Origin: Blastococcus sp. Marseille-P5729
GTDB lineage: Bacteria > Actinomycetota > Actinomycetes > Mycobacteriales > Antricoccaceae
DNA: 24,000 bases
NCBI RefSeq assembly: GCF_900292035.1
Contig: NZ_OMPO01000001.1
Coordinates: 355,192-379,191, forward strand
Direction of reading: 5' to 3'
In this document: positions 8,775 through 16,364 of the stretch, one piece after another
Layout of the letters: each line of letters begins with the position of its first letter
Position numbering within the stretch: position 1 is the stretch's first letter
Program-made: the position numbers and the translations under genes
The notes under the pieces: generated by a model
Database searches by the model: none
Seen by the model: only the letters and a program-made list of their open reading frames with translations
What the model was told of the DNA's origin: nothing

Positions 8775-9911
8775 TCACGCGTAGCGCGACGGCCGGGGCC
8801 GGACGACCGAGCGGTCCAGATGGACCGGGGTTACCTGCGGGTGGGCATTGAGCACGGCATCGACGTGTGCGAGGTCGTTCAACTCTTGCAGGATCACTCT
8901 GGTCGGCGTCATCAGCTGAAGGTCTCCCCCGGCACCGCGTTCCAGGATCTCCCCAACCGGCAGCCACTCGGAGGCAAGCGCTTCCGTCGTGGTGTTGACC
9001 GGCGATCTGGGGTCGGACGCCGGCAGGTGGGTGACCATGAAGTGCACCTGGAATCGCTTCGGGAAGCCCGGGGGTGTCGTCCAGTCATCCCACGGGAGCA
9101 GCTCGCCCGGGTCGAGCCGGACGCCGGTCTCCTCGGCCATCTCGCGGAGTGCGGTCGCCAGCAGCACCCGCACGGCCAGTCGATCGTCCTCCGAGTCGCG
9201 GACGTACGTCGAGTCGGCCCACACTTCGGCGAGCTCGTCCAGCGCCGATGCGCTCAGCTCGGGAGCGTTCTCGACGTCGACCGGATCGATGCGACCGCCT
9301 GGAAACACCACGACGCCCGGCGCGAAGTCCATCGTGTGAACACGATGCTGGACGAACGCCTCAAGACCTCGATCGCCGTCACGTAAGGGGATCACGCTCA
9401 CAGCCGGGCGAGCGACGACGCCGGGGGTGATCTCGCGAAGCATCGCCACGCGCCGGCCCGATCGATGAAGCCCGAGCTTCCGCTCGTGCTCCACGACCGG
9501 TCGGAGGCGCTCCGGCGGCTCGACCACATGGAATCCGAGATTCTCGTAGAACGGCGCATTCCAAGGAATGTCCGCGAACGTCATCAGCGACATGCTGTTG
9601 CCACCTCGGCTGGCCACGAGGTCAGCAGCGGCGTAAGCCAGCTCCGTCCCGAGCCCCTGGCGAGCGTGGTCGGGATGCACAGACATCTGCTCCAGGTGGT
9701 ACTCGCCGTCGATCTGGATCACGTGCGCGAAGCCGGTCGGCGTCTCACCGGTCACGAGGATGAATCCGCCGGCGGCCGCTCGCTCCTCCCCGGTTGGGGG
9801 AGCCGGCCACTCGCTCGTGTCGAGGACGTCATCGAACATCCGATCGGCTGCGGCCTCGATCGCTTGTAGAGCAGGCAGATCCCGCTTTTCCGCCAGCCGC
9901 GCACGGTCCAT
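8775..9911 (-). CDS. GNAT acetyltransferase - NUDIX hydrolase fusion protein
   Basis: N-terminal EYHLEQMSVHPDHARQGLGTELAYAAADLVASRG is GNAT motif A; C-terminal FAPGVVVFPGGRIDP...VLLATALREMAEETGVRL is a Nudix-like signature with an insertion. Start ATG 9911 lies 1 nt past the upstream stop. Confidence 0.85.
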   Translation of the reverse strand: MDRARLAEKRDLPALQAIEAAADRMFDDVLDTSEWPAPPTGEERAAAGGFILVTGETPTGFAHVIQIDGEYHLEQMSVHPDHARQGLGTELAYAAADLVASRGGNSMSLMTFADIPWNAPFYENLGFHVVEPPERLRPVVEHERKLGLHRSGRRVAMLREITPGVVARPAVSVIPLRDGDRGLEAFVQHRVHTMDFAPGVVVFPGGRIDPVDVENAPELSASALDELAEVWADSTYVRDSEDDRLAVRVLLATALREMAEETGVRLDPGELLPWDDWTTPPGFPKRFQVHFMVTHLPASDPRSPVNTTTEALASEWLPVGEILERGAGGDLQLMTPTRVILQELNDLAHVDAVLNAHPQVTPVHLDRSVVRPRPSRYA

Positions 9912-9912
9912 G

Positions 9913-11232
9913 TCAGGCACCAGAGTCCGCGTCCCACCCATCCGGCTTGGGCCACAGACCCGCGCTCGCCATCGCTCGCGCCTCGTCCAGGCTCAGTACG
10001 TCGGCCCATCCACCCGTCGTAGCCGGATCGACGTCGCGGTACTTCTTCAGCTCCAGCCGGCCGATCTGGTTACGGTGCACCTCGTCCGGCCCGTCGGCCA
10101 GCCGCAGCAACCGTGCCGTGCCCAGCGCGGCGGCCAGCAGGTGGTCATTCGCGGACCCGCCGCCACCGAAGACCTGGATGGCCCAGTCCACGATCTGCTG
10201 CGCCATGTTCGGAGCCGCGACCTTGATCATCGCGATCTCCTGCCTTGCGACCTTGTTGCCGACGGTGTCCATCATCTCGGCGGCCTTCATGGTCAGCAAC
10301 CGGTTCTGCTCGATCATGATGCGCGCCTCCGCGATCCGTTCGAGCGTTACGGTCTGCTCCGAAAGCGGGCGGCCGAACGGGGCCCGAAGCTCGGCGCGGC
10401 GGCACATCCGTTCCAGCACCCTCTCGCACAGGCCGATCAACCGCATGCAGTGGTGGATTCGACCCGGGCCCAGGCGGCCCTGGGCGATCTCGAATCCGCG
10501 GCCCTCGCCCAGCAGCATGTTCGAAGCAGGCACGCGAACGTTCTCGAACAGCACCTCGGAGGCGCGATCCGGAACGCCGTAGAAGCCGAGCACCGGGAGT
10601 GACCGGATCACCTCGACACCGGGGGTGTCCTTGGGCACGAGGATCATCGACTGCCGTTTGTAGGGGCTCTCGTTCTCCGGATCGCTCTTGCCCATGAAGA
10701 TGATGATCTTGCAGCGGGGATCGGTCGCCCCGGTCGTGTACCACTTGCGGCCGTTGATCACGTACTCGTCGCCGTCCCGCACGATGGAGCTACCGATCGC
10801 GGTCGCGTCGGACGACGCCTCCTCGGGCTCGGTCATCGCGAAGGACGAGCGGATCTCGCCGGCCAGCAGTGGCTCGAGCCACTGCTGCTTCTGCTCCTGG
10901 GAGCCGTAGCGCAGGATCGTCTCCATGTTGCCGGTGTCGGGCGCGGAGCAGTTGAAGACCTCGGGCGCCATCGCGCTGCGTCCCATGATCTCGCACAGCG
11001 GCGCGTATTCCGCGTTGGTGAGGCCCTCGTCGGACTCCGCCGCGGGCAGCCAGAGATTCCACAGGCCGGCTTCGCGGGCCAGCGGCTTGAGCTCCTCCAT
11101 CACCGGATAGGTCGACCACGGTCCCAGCTTCTCGGCCTCCTGGTAGTAGCGACGCTCGTTCGGGTAGATGTGCTCGGTCATGAACGCCTTCAGGCGCTCG
11201 GCCAGGTCCTCCGTGCGTGAGGTCGTGCTCAT
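9913..11232 (-). CDS. acyl-CoA dehydrogenase family protein
   Basis: [40 protein letters not shown]...[15 protein letters not shown]...[22 protein letters not shown]...[19 protein letters not shown]. Confidence 0.95.
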   Translation of the reverse strand: MSTTSRTEDLAERLKAFMTEHIYPNERRYYQEAEKLGPWSTYPVMEELKPLAREAGLWNLWLPAAESDEGLTNAEYAPLCEIMGRSAMAPEVFNCSAPDTGNMETILRYGSQEQKQQWLEPLLAGEIRSSFAMTEPEEASSDATAIGSSIVRDGDEYVINGRKWYTTGATDPRCKIIIFMGKSDPENESPYKRQSMILVPKDTPGVEVIRSLPVLGFYGVPDRASEVLFENVRVPASNMLLGEGRGFEIAQGRLGPGRIHHCMRLIGLCERVLERMCRRAELRAPFGRPLSEQTVTLERIAEARIMIEQNRLLTMKAAEMMDTVGNKVARQEIAMIKVAAPNMAQQIVDWAIQVFGGGGSANDHLLAAALGTARLLRLADGPDEVHRNQIGRLELKKYRDVDPATTGGWADVLSLDEARAMASAGLWPKPDGWDADSGA

Positions 11233-11238
11233 GGTGCG

Positions 11239-12027
11239 CTATCCCTTCGGTCGAACGGTCAGGATCTGGGACATCGACCCGATCGGGCCGGTCTCGTCGT
11301 GCAGGATGCTGTGGGTGAGGCCGACGCCGTCCGCGCCGAAGCTGACGGCGGTGTCGAAACCGAGCCAGTCGCCACGTGGCTCGGCGAAGAAATGCGCCGT
11401 CAGGTCGACGTTCGGGAAGGCAACGTCCTGTGGGCTCTGCCGGACCGTCATGCCGTTGGCGATGTCGATCAGGCCGGCCGCCCGCGCGATCCCGCTGACC
11501 TGCTCCCCCTCGATCAGCTCAACTCTGGGGCGCACCCAGAAGGCGGCCTGTCCGGGCTCATGCTGCTGTCGGTGGGCGTCGGCAGAGGCGATGAACCCGC
11601 CGGGCCAGACCTCGGTCGGGCTCCAGGGTTGAAGCTGATGGCGGTCGGGAATCCGCGGCAGCGGGGTGCCCTCGACCCGGGCGGTGTCCTGTCGCTGCAG
11701 CAGCCACGCGCGCAGCAGGACAGCGGAACGCCCTTCGTGGCTCAGGACCGCCTCGACGAGCTCGATGGTGCGCCCGGCACGGATCACCCGCACCTCGATT
11801 GTCACCTCGCCTACCGGGACAGTGCCGAGGATGTCGTACGACAGCCGGCTGATCATCAGTTGATCGTCCCTGCGGCGGTCCCGGTCCCGCTCTACCTCAT
11901 GAATCATCAGGCCGAGCGCGGGGCTGATGTGCTGCTCACGTGGATCCCAGGCACCGCTCGTGTGCTCGGACGCGCGGTAGCGGCCCGCGCCCACGGAGGT
12001 GAAGTACGCCTGCGGCATCCCGCCCAC
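11239..12027 (-). CDS. thioesterase family protein (acyl-CoA thioesterase, double hotdog)
   Basis: MPQAYFTSVGAGRYRASEHTSGAWDPREQHISPALGLMIHEVER...WVRPRVELIEGE...FPNVDLTAHFFAEPRGDWLGFDTAVSFGADGVGLTHSILHDETGPIGSMSQILTVRP. Confidence 0.85.
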   Translation of the reverse strand: MGGMPQAYFTSVGAGRYRASEHTSGAWDPREQHISPALGLMIHEVERDRDRRRDDQLMISRLSYDILGTVPVGEVTIEVRVIRAGRTIELVEAVLSHEGRSAVLLRAWLLQRQDTARVEGTPLPRIPDRHQLQPWSPTEVWPGGFIASADAHRQQHEPGQAAFWVRPRVELIEGEQVSGIARAAGLIDIANGMTVRQSPQDVAFPNVDLTAHFFAEPRGDWLGFDTAVSFGADGVGLTHSILHDETGPIGSMSQILTVRPKG

Positions 12028-12038
12028 CTCCCTTTCTT

Positions 12039-12059
12039 TGCCGATCCTAACGATCGGCA
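12039..12059. promoter_or_regulatory. perfect 8-bp inverted repeat TGCCGATC-N5-GATCGGCA upstream of the thioesterase gene
   Basis: Direct reading; arms 12039-12046 and 12052-12059. On the minus strand it contains TAGGAT (-10-like), followed by AGGGAGG (RBS-like) before ATG 12027. It could alternatively be a terminator for the SMR gene, although no U-tract follows. Confidence 0.5.
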
Positions 12060-12072
12060 GCGGGGATTGGCC

Positions 12073-12387
12073 TCAGTGGGCGAGCTTGAGCCCGACGACG
12101 CAGCCGATGATGCCGACGAGCAGCAGGACCTTCACCAGGGATATCGGCTCGGTGCCGGTCGCCATGGCGTAGGCGACGGTACCGACGGCCCCGATGGCGA
12201 CCCATACGGCGTAGGCCGTGCCGGTGGGCAGGTCGCGCATCGCGTAGGCCAGGCCAGCCATGCTGATGATGACGGCCACGAAGAAGACGACCGTCGGGCC
12301 CAGCCGGCTGAAGTTCTCCGATTTTCCCAGCGCCGTCGCCCATACGGCCTCGAGCACGCCGGACAGAATGAGAATGGTCCATGCCAT
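12073..12387 (-). CDS. small multidrug resistance (SMR) family transporter, Gdx/SugE-like probable guanidinium exporter
   Basis: MAWTILILSGVLEAVWATALGKSENFSRLGPTVV...ISMAGLAYAMRDLPTGTAYAVWVAIGAVGTVAYAM...GCVVGLKLAH; 104 aa, four hydrophobic segments, Gdx-like GTAYAVWxxIGAVGT motif, and a guanidine-III riboswitch upstream. Confidence 0.92.
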   Translation of the reverse strand: MAWTILILSGVLEAVWATALGKSENFSRLGPTVVFFVAVIISMAGLAYAMRDLPTGTAYAVWVAIGAVGTVAYAMATGTEPISLVKVLLLVGIIGCVVGLKLAH

Positions 12388-12404
12388 GAGTGGGTCACTC
12401 CCCC

Positions 12405-12446
12405 GGGCCGTCTTGTCGCTCGCCGGGTACGGCACCCCTCGTCCGG
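12405..12446 (-). promoter_or_regulatory. guanidine-III (ykkC-III) riboswitch aptamer
   Basis: Minus strand reads CCGGACGAGGGGTGCCGTACCCGGCGAGCGACAAGACGGCCC. This is nearly identical to the Thermobifida fusca guanidine-III aptamer recalled from the literature (CCGGACGAGGTGCGCCGTACCCGGTCAGGACAAGACGGCGC). Both CCGG pseudoknot strands and the GCCGT/ACGGC stem are kept, and it sits 17 nt upstream of the SMR start codon. Confidence 0.92.
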
Positions 12447-12547
12447 GAACTCGGGTGGAGTTCGTCTACCAGGCTCTCACACCGGGCCAGGCCACGGTGG
12501 TCTCCGGTGAGCAACACCACCAGCGCTGCTCACGACGCTGATCCTGC

Positions 12548-13336
12548 TCAGCTGTCGAGGAAGCGGCGGATGATCTCGGTGAAGACCTGCGCCTGCTCCG
12601 AGTGGACCCAGTGGCCGGCGTCCTTCACGACCACCTTGCGTACCAACGGAAACAGCTCGCGCATCGTATCGGCGTACTCGTCGCGGACGTAGTCGGAGTT
12701 CGCACCGGCCACCCAGAGCACGGGACCGTCGTACGGGTGCTTATCGAGCCCGTCGGGGAAGCTGCCGATGCTGCCGAGCTCCGCACGGAGCAGGTCGAGG
12801 TTGGCCTTCCATTCCCACCGACCCTCGCGGTGGGTGAGGTTCTGCAGCAGGAATCCGCGGACTGTGCGCGACCGGATGCGGTCGGTGAGTTGATTGTCGG
12901 CCTGACTGCGCGACGCCAGCGTGCTGAGGTCAAGAGCAAGGAGGCTGTCGAGCAGATGCTCGAACTCCGAGCTCTCGGCCGAGACCACCGGGGAGATGTC
13001 CACGACTGCGAGCCGTTCGACCAGGTCGGGATGGCGCAGCGCGAGCACCATTGCCACCTTCCCGCCCATCGAGTGTCCGACGACCGCAGCGCGCCCATCG
13101 GCCTGCTCACGAATGACGCCGGCCACCGCCTCGGCCATCTGCCCGTAATCCACGTGCTCGGTCCACTGCGAGGCGCCGTGATTGGGCAGGTCGACGAGGA
13201 CGGACCGGTGGCGTGGAGCGAGCGCCTTGGCGATCGACGTGAAGTTCTTGCCCTGGCCGAACAGCCCGTGCAGAAACAGGACGGGCTCTCCGTCGCCGTC
13301 GATCACCGTGGTGGCGACGGAGGACGGGTCAGTCAT
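12548..13336 (-). CDS. alpha/beta fold hydrolase (YbfF-like esterase)
   Basis: PVLFLHGLFGQGKNFTSIAKALAPRHRSVLVDLPNHGAS...AAVVGHSMGGKVAM...VLWVAGANSDYV...VKDAGHWVHSEQ. Confidence 0.92.
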   Translation of the reverse strand: MTDPSSVATTVIDGDGEPVLFLHGLFGQGKNFTSIAKALAPRHRSVLVDLPNHGASQWTEHVDYGQMAEAVAGVIREQADGRAAVVGHSMGGKVAMVLALRHPDLVERLAVVDISPVVSAESSEFEHLLDSLLALDLSTLASRSQADNQLTDRIRSRTVRGFLLQNLTHREGRWEWKANLDLLRAELGSIGSFPDGLDKHPYDGPVLWVAGANSDYVRDEYADTMRELFPLVRKVVVKDAGHWVHSEQAQVFTEIIRRFLDS

Positions 13337-13673
13337 CCGAGCCCGTACCGTAAAGGCGCTTGACGTCGTCAGTGTCTGCGGCTGGGTCAATCCCTTGCGT
13401 GGTGGCGATCTGATGAATCGTGCTCGCGAGTCGGACGTCGCGCTCGGTCACTGCGCCGACATCGTGGCTCACGAGCCGGATCTGAACCGACGGATAGGTC
13501 AGCAGGACGTCGGGGTGATGGTCAGCCTGGTCTGCAGCTTCGGCGATCGCGCTGACAAAGCGGGCACCCGCGTTGAAGTCGCCGGTCGCGTAGCCGGCGT
13601 AGATACCCGCGGGGCCGCCGCTCCAGCCTTCGAGCGCGGCGTCCTTGATCTGATCGGAGGTCAGCTTTCCCAT
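13329..13673 (-). CDS. pterin-4a-carbinolamine dehydratase family protein
   Basis: MGKLTSDQIKDAALEGW...FVSAIAEAADQADHHPDVLLTYPSVQIRLVSHDVGAVTERDVRLAS matches the HHP...Y..V...L.(T/S)H...G.T..D..LA pattern. Confidence 0.85.
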   Translation of the reverse strand: MGKLTSDQIKDAALEGWSGGPAGIYAGYATGDFNAGARFVSAIAEAADQADHHPDVLLTYPSVQIRLVSHDVGAVTERDVRLASTIHQIATTQGIDPAADTDDVKRLYGTGSDD

Positions 13674-13899
13674 ACGCCCATCGTCGCAGCACCCGGGAGC
13701 TCCCGCACGGCGAGCCCGATCACGAAGCTCCTTACCGGATCGCGCGGCCGTCGAGCCAGGCGCGCGCACGTCGTCGGACCGCTCGCCTAGTAACGTGCGG
13801 CATGGCCGAGGCGAACCGGTGGACGTCGTCTACCTGTGCAGCGCGCGAGCGGCTCATGCGCGCAGTGCTGACCGCGTCCGGTGGGGAGAGGAGAGTGCC

Positions 13900-15417
13900 G
13901 TGCAACCCGACTTCCTGGTCGTCGGCGCCGGCGCGTCCGGATGCGCACTCGCCAACAGGCTGAGTGAAGACCCCTCGGTGCGCGTGCTGCTGCTCGAGCG
14001 CGGCCCCCGCAGCTCGTCTCCGGCCACCCTCGTGCCACGGGCCTTTCCACTCGCGCTGCGCTCGCCGAGAATGACCAGCTACCCGACACTTCCCATTGTC
14101 GGCACCGGACAGCCCGAGTACTGGGTGCGTGGAATCGGGCTCGGCGGGTCGACCGTCATCAACGGGATGATGTACCTGCGCGGCGAGCCGTCGGCGTACG
14201 ACGAGCTGGAGGCCACAACCGAGGACGGGTGGGGCTGGACAGCATTCCGGTCCGCATTCGACGATCTCGAGCGCCGGTACCTGCACCCGACAACCGCACC
14301 GCTGAATCCGTTGAGCGAGCGGATAGTCGACGCCATGTCCGCTCGTGGGGCGCTCCGCGTGCCAGACCTCAATGGCGCGGTCGGAGCAAGGGCCGGAGCC
14401 ACCCCCGGGACCATACTCAGTGGTGTACGCCGGAGCGCCGAGCAGGCTTTCGTTGCTCCGGTGGCCAATCGGCCGAATCTGCATGTACTCACGGGCGTGG
14501 AGGCGCAATCCCTGCTATGGCAAGGAAAGCAGGTGGTCGGCGTACGCGCCCGGCGCGGTCAGTCCACGGGCGACATCCTCGCCGGACGTGTCGTGCTGAG
14601 CGCGGGCACGATCGAGACCCCCTTGCTGCTTGAGCGCTCCGGCATTGGACAACCAGATCTGCTCCGGCGCGCCGGGATCGACGTACGCGTCGAGAGCCCT
14701 CGGGTCGGCGAAGGGGTTCGCGAGCAACGGGGACAGTCCTTGCAGCTCTACCTCCGTCACGGTGTCGCGGGGTCGCGGGAGTTGTCCACTCCAACCGGGA
14801 TCGTGCGGGAGACGGTGCGCTATGCCGTCGCGCGCACGGGTGCGCTGGCCAGGCCGGCGTACGACGTCACCGGACTGTTGCCTAGCGGCGGGCACGGCGG
14901 GCCGGTGGAGCTGCAGGTCATGGCGGTGCCCTTCGCGCTCGACCGTGGCGGGGCGCTGCGGCCCGATCGTGCCCCCGGTGTACTGCTCGTGGGTTATCCG
15001 ATCCGGCCGACTACGGCGAGCAGCATCCATATCAACGCCGATGACCCGACCGGACCACCGAGGATCGCGGCGCGCTACGAGGAGACGCCCGAGGACGTCG
15101 CAGCCCAGCGCGCCCTCAGCGCGTCACTGCGGACGATCGCGCGAGCGCCGGCACTCGTCGATGTCACAGATGCCACCCGTAGCTCCGGCGTCATCCACCG
15201 CGCGGGCCACGGTTCGTCGATCTACCACGCGGTCGGCTCGGTGGCCCTGGGACCCCACGACCAGTGCCCTGCAGATCCGCAGCTGCGGGTGCGTGGCACG
15301 ACAGGACTCTACGTGGCCGACCTGTCGATACTCCCCTTCCACACCAGCGGAAGCACGGCCGCGCCCGCCATGGCGATCGGCTGGCTCGCCGCCGACCGAC
15401 TCCTCGCGAGCGACTGA
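13900..15417 (+). CDS. GMC family oxidoreductase
   Basis: VQPDFLVVGAGASGCALANRLSEDPSVRVLLLERG (FAD-binding GxGxxG), YWVRGIGLGGSTVINGMMYLRG, VVLSAGTIETPLLLERSGIG, YHAVGSVALG...LYVADLSILPFHTSGSTAAPAMAIG. GTG start at 13900; the track ORF starts at 13795. Confidence 0.93.
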   Translation: MQPDFLVVGAGASGCALANRLSEDPSVRVLLLERGPRSSSPATLVPRAFPLALRSPRMTSYPTLPIVGTGQPEYWVRGIGLGGSTVINGMMYLRGEPSAYDELEATTEDGWGWTAFRSAFDDLERRYLHPTTAPLNPLSERIVDAMSARGALRVPDLNGAVGARAGATPGTILSGVRRSAEQAFVAPVANRPNLHVLTGVEAQSLLWQGKQVVGVRARRGQSTGDILAGRVVLSAGTIETPLLLERSGIGQPDLLRRAGIDVRVESPRVGEGVREQRGQSLQLYLRHGVAGSRELSTPTGIVRETVRYAVARTGALARPAYDVTGLLPSGGHGGPVELQVMAVPFALDRGGALRPDRAPGVLLVGYPIRPTTASSIHINADDPTGPPRIAARYEETPEDVAAQRALSASLRTIARAPALVDVTDATRSSGVIHRAGHGSSIYHAVGSVALGPHDQCPADPQLRVRGTTGLYVADLSILPFHTSGSTAAPAMAIGWLAADRLLASD

Positions 15418-15449
15418 GTCTCGCCCGCGCGGCGTCAGCTGCGAAGTAC

Positions 15450-15626
15450 CTACTCCACGGCCTTGCCCGTGGCGAGCTCGTCGACGAGCTTGTCCAGGTA
15501 CCGGATCTTCTGCATGAGCGGGTCTTCGACGTTCTCGCCGCGTACGCCGCACACGACGCCGGCGCGGCCCTTCTTCTCAGCGGCGCCCGGCAGGTCCCGC
15601 TTAGCTTGCCGCCGGACCGTCGACGT
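15450..15626 (-). pseudogene. C-terminal gene fragment of unassigned family
   Basis: Minus strand reads [58 protein letters not shown]. The composition looks protein-like, but there is an in-frame stop upstream and no start codon. Confidence 0.4.
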
Positions 15627-16005
15627 TCACGGTCGGCACTCCGCTTCCGCAGCGCACGATCACGGCATGCGAGGTCGTGTCGCCGGGGTTGGATTCGCGG
15701 TGAATGGCGCCCGCGGGCACCCGGATGAAGTCTCCCGCCTTGGCCTCGACTACGTCCTCCCCGTTCGGCCCGGACTCTAGCCGGAACTCCCCGGACACGA
15801 CGTAGATCGTCGTCTCGTGGTCACCATGGTGATGCCAGCCGGTCACCGCCTTCGGCTCGGTGTCGACCGTGCCGGTCCACATTCCTTCGGAGTGGGCCGC
15901 GAGCTTGCGGTGCATGCCAGGTGTCGGATCGGCGTCCGTCAGATCGTCGCCTGCGAACAGTGAACAGGGCCGTGCGGGATCGTGCGAGTACTCCTGGGTC
16001 GTCAT
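15601..16005 (-). CDS. cupin domain-containing protein
   Basis: [26 protein letters not shown]...[23 protein letters not shown] shows both cupin motifs. Confidence 0.9.
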   Translation of the reverse strand: MTTQEYSHDPARPCSLFAGDDLTDADPTPGMHRKLAAHSEGMWTGTVDTEPKAVTGWHHHGDHETTIYVVSGEFRLESGPNGEDVVEAKAGDFIRVPAGAIHRESNPGDTTSHAVIVRCGSGVPTVNVDGPAAS

Positions 16006-16135
16006 GCGCAGATTCTGTCAGAAGACTGAGCCGGAAACCTTGTGCGGCTTCGGTGAGCCTGAACGCCTGAGGCGATCCACCACGTCGCGCACACCGGGTC
16101 TCGGCACCCGACCTGGCGCGGGCACTCGAGCTCTG

Positions 16136-16354
16136 GTGAGGCTCATCGGTACCGAGATGCGCGAGCTTACGGGCTACATGCTCGAGGTCTCGTCCGAGGA
16201 GATGAAGCAGGTCGTGCGCAACTACTTCGAGATCACCGGCGGCACGACGGTCAAGGACTACGCCGCCGCGGCCGCTGTCCACAGACCCCTGGTTGTCCAC
16301 AGATGTGCCCGGATCGGTTTTCGTGTCGGCGGAAGTGTCGGTGCTGGTCCGTAG
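16136..16354 (+). CDS. small uncharacterised ORF, possibly truncated
   Basis: GTG start; VRLIGTEMRELTGYMLEVSSEEMKQVVRNYFEITGGTTVKDYAAAAAVHRPL... The first 50 aa look protein-like, while the tail runs into the repeated TGTCCACAG sites. Confidence 0.35.
   Translation: MRLIGTEMRELTGYMLEVSSEEMKQVVRNYFEITGGTTVKDYAAAAAVHRPLVVHRCARIGFRVGGSVGAGP
16275..16302 (+). promoter_or_regulatory. tandem DnaA-box-like decamers (CTGTCCACAG and TTGTCCACAG)
   Basis: Direct reading: CTGTCCACAG 16275-16284 and TTGTCCACAG 16293-16302, same orientation, 18 bp apart. TTGTCCACA is the actinobacterial-type DnaA box. Confidence 0.5.
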
Positions 16355-16364
16355 CGTGTGTGTC

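Noticed and set aside
11299-12510. 403 aa plus-strand ORF covering the thioesterase gene, SMR gene and riboswitch
   Set aside because: Spans genes with strong homology-like motifs on the other strand; no coherent protein signature.
12507-12533. GTGAGCA...TGCTCAC inverted repeat upstream of the riboswitch
   Set aside because: 7-bp stem with a 13-nt loop and no T-tract; could be chance in GC-rich DNA, so not called as a terminator.
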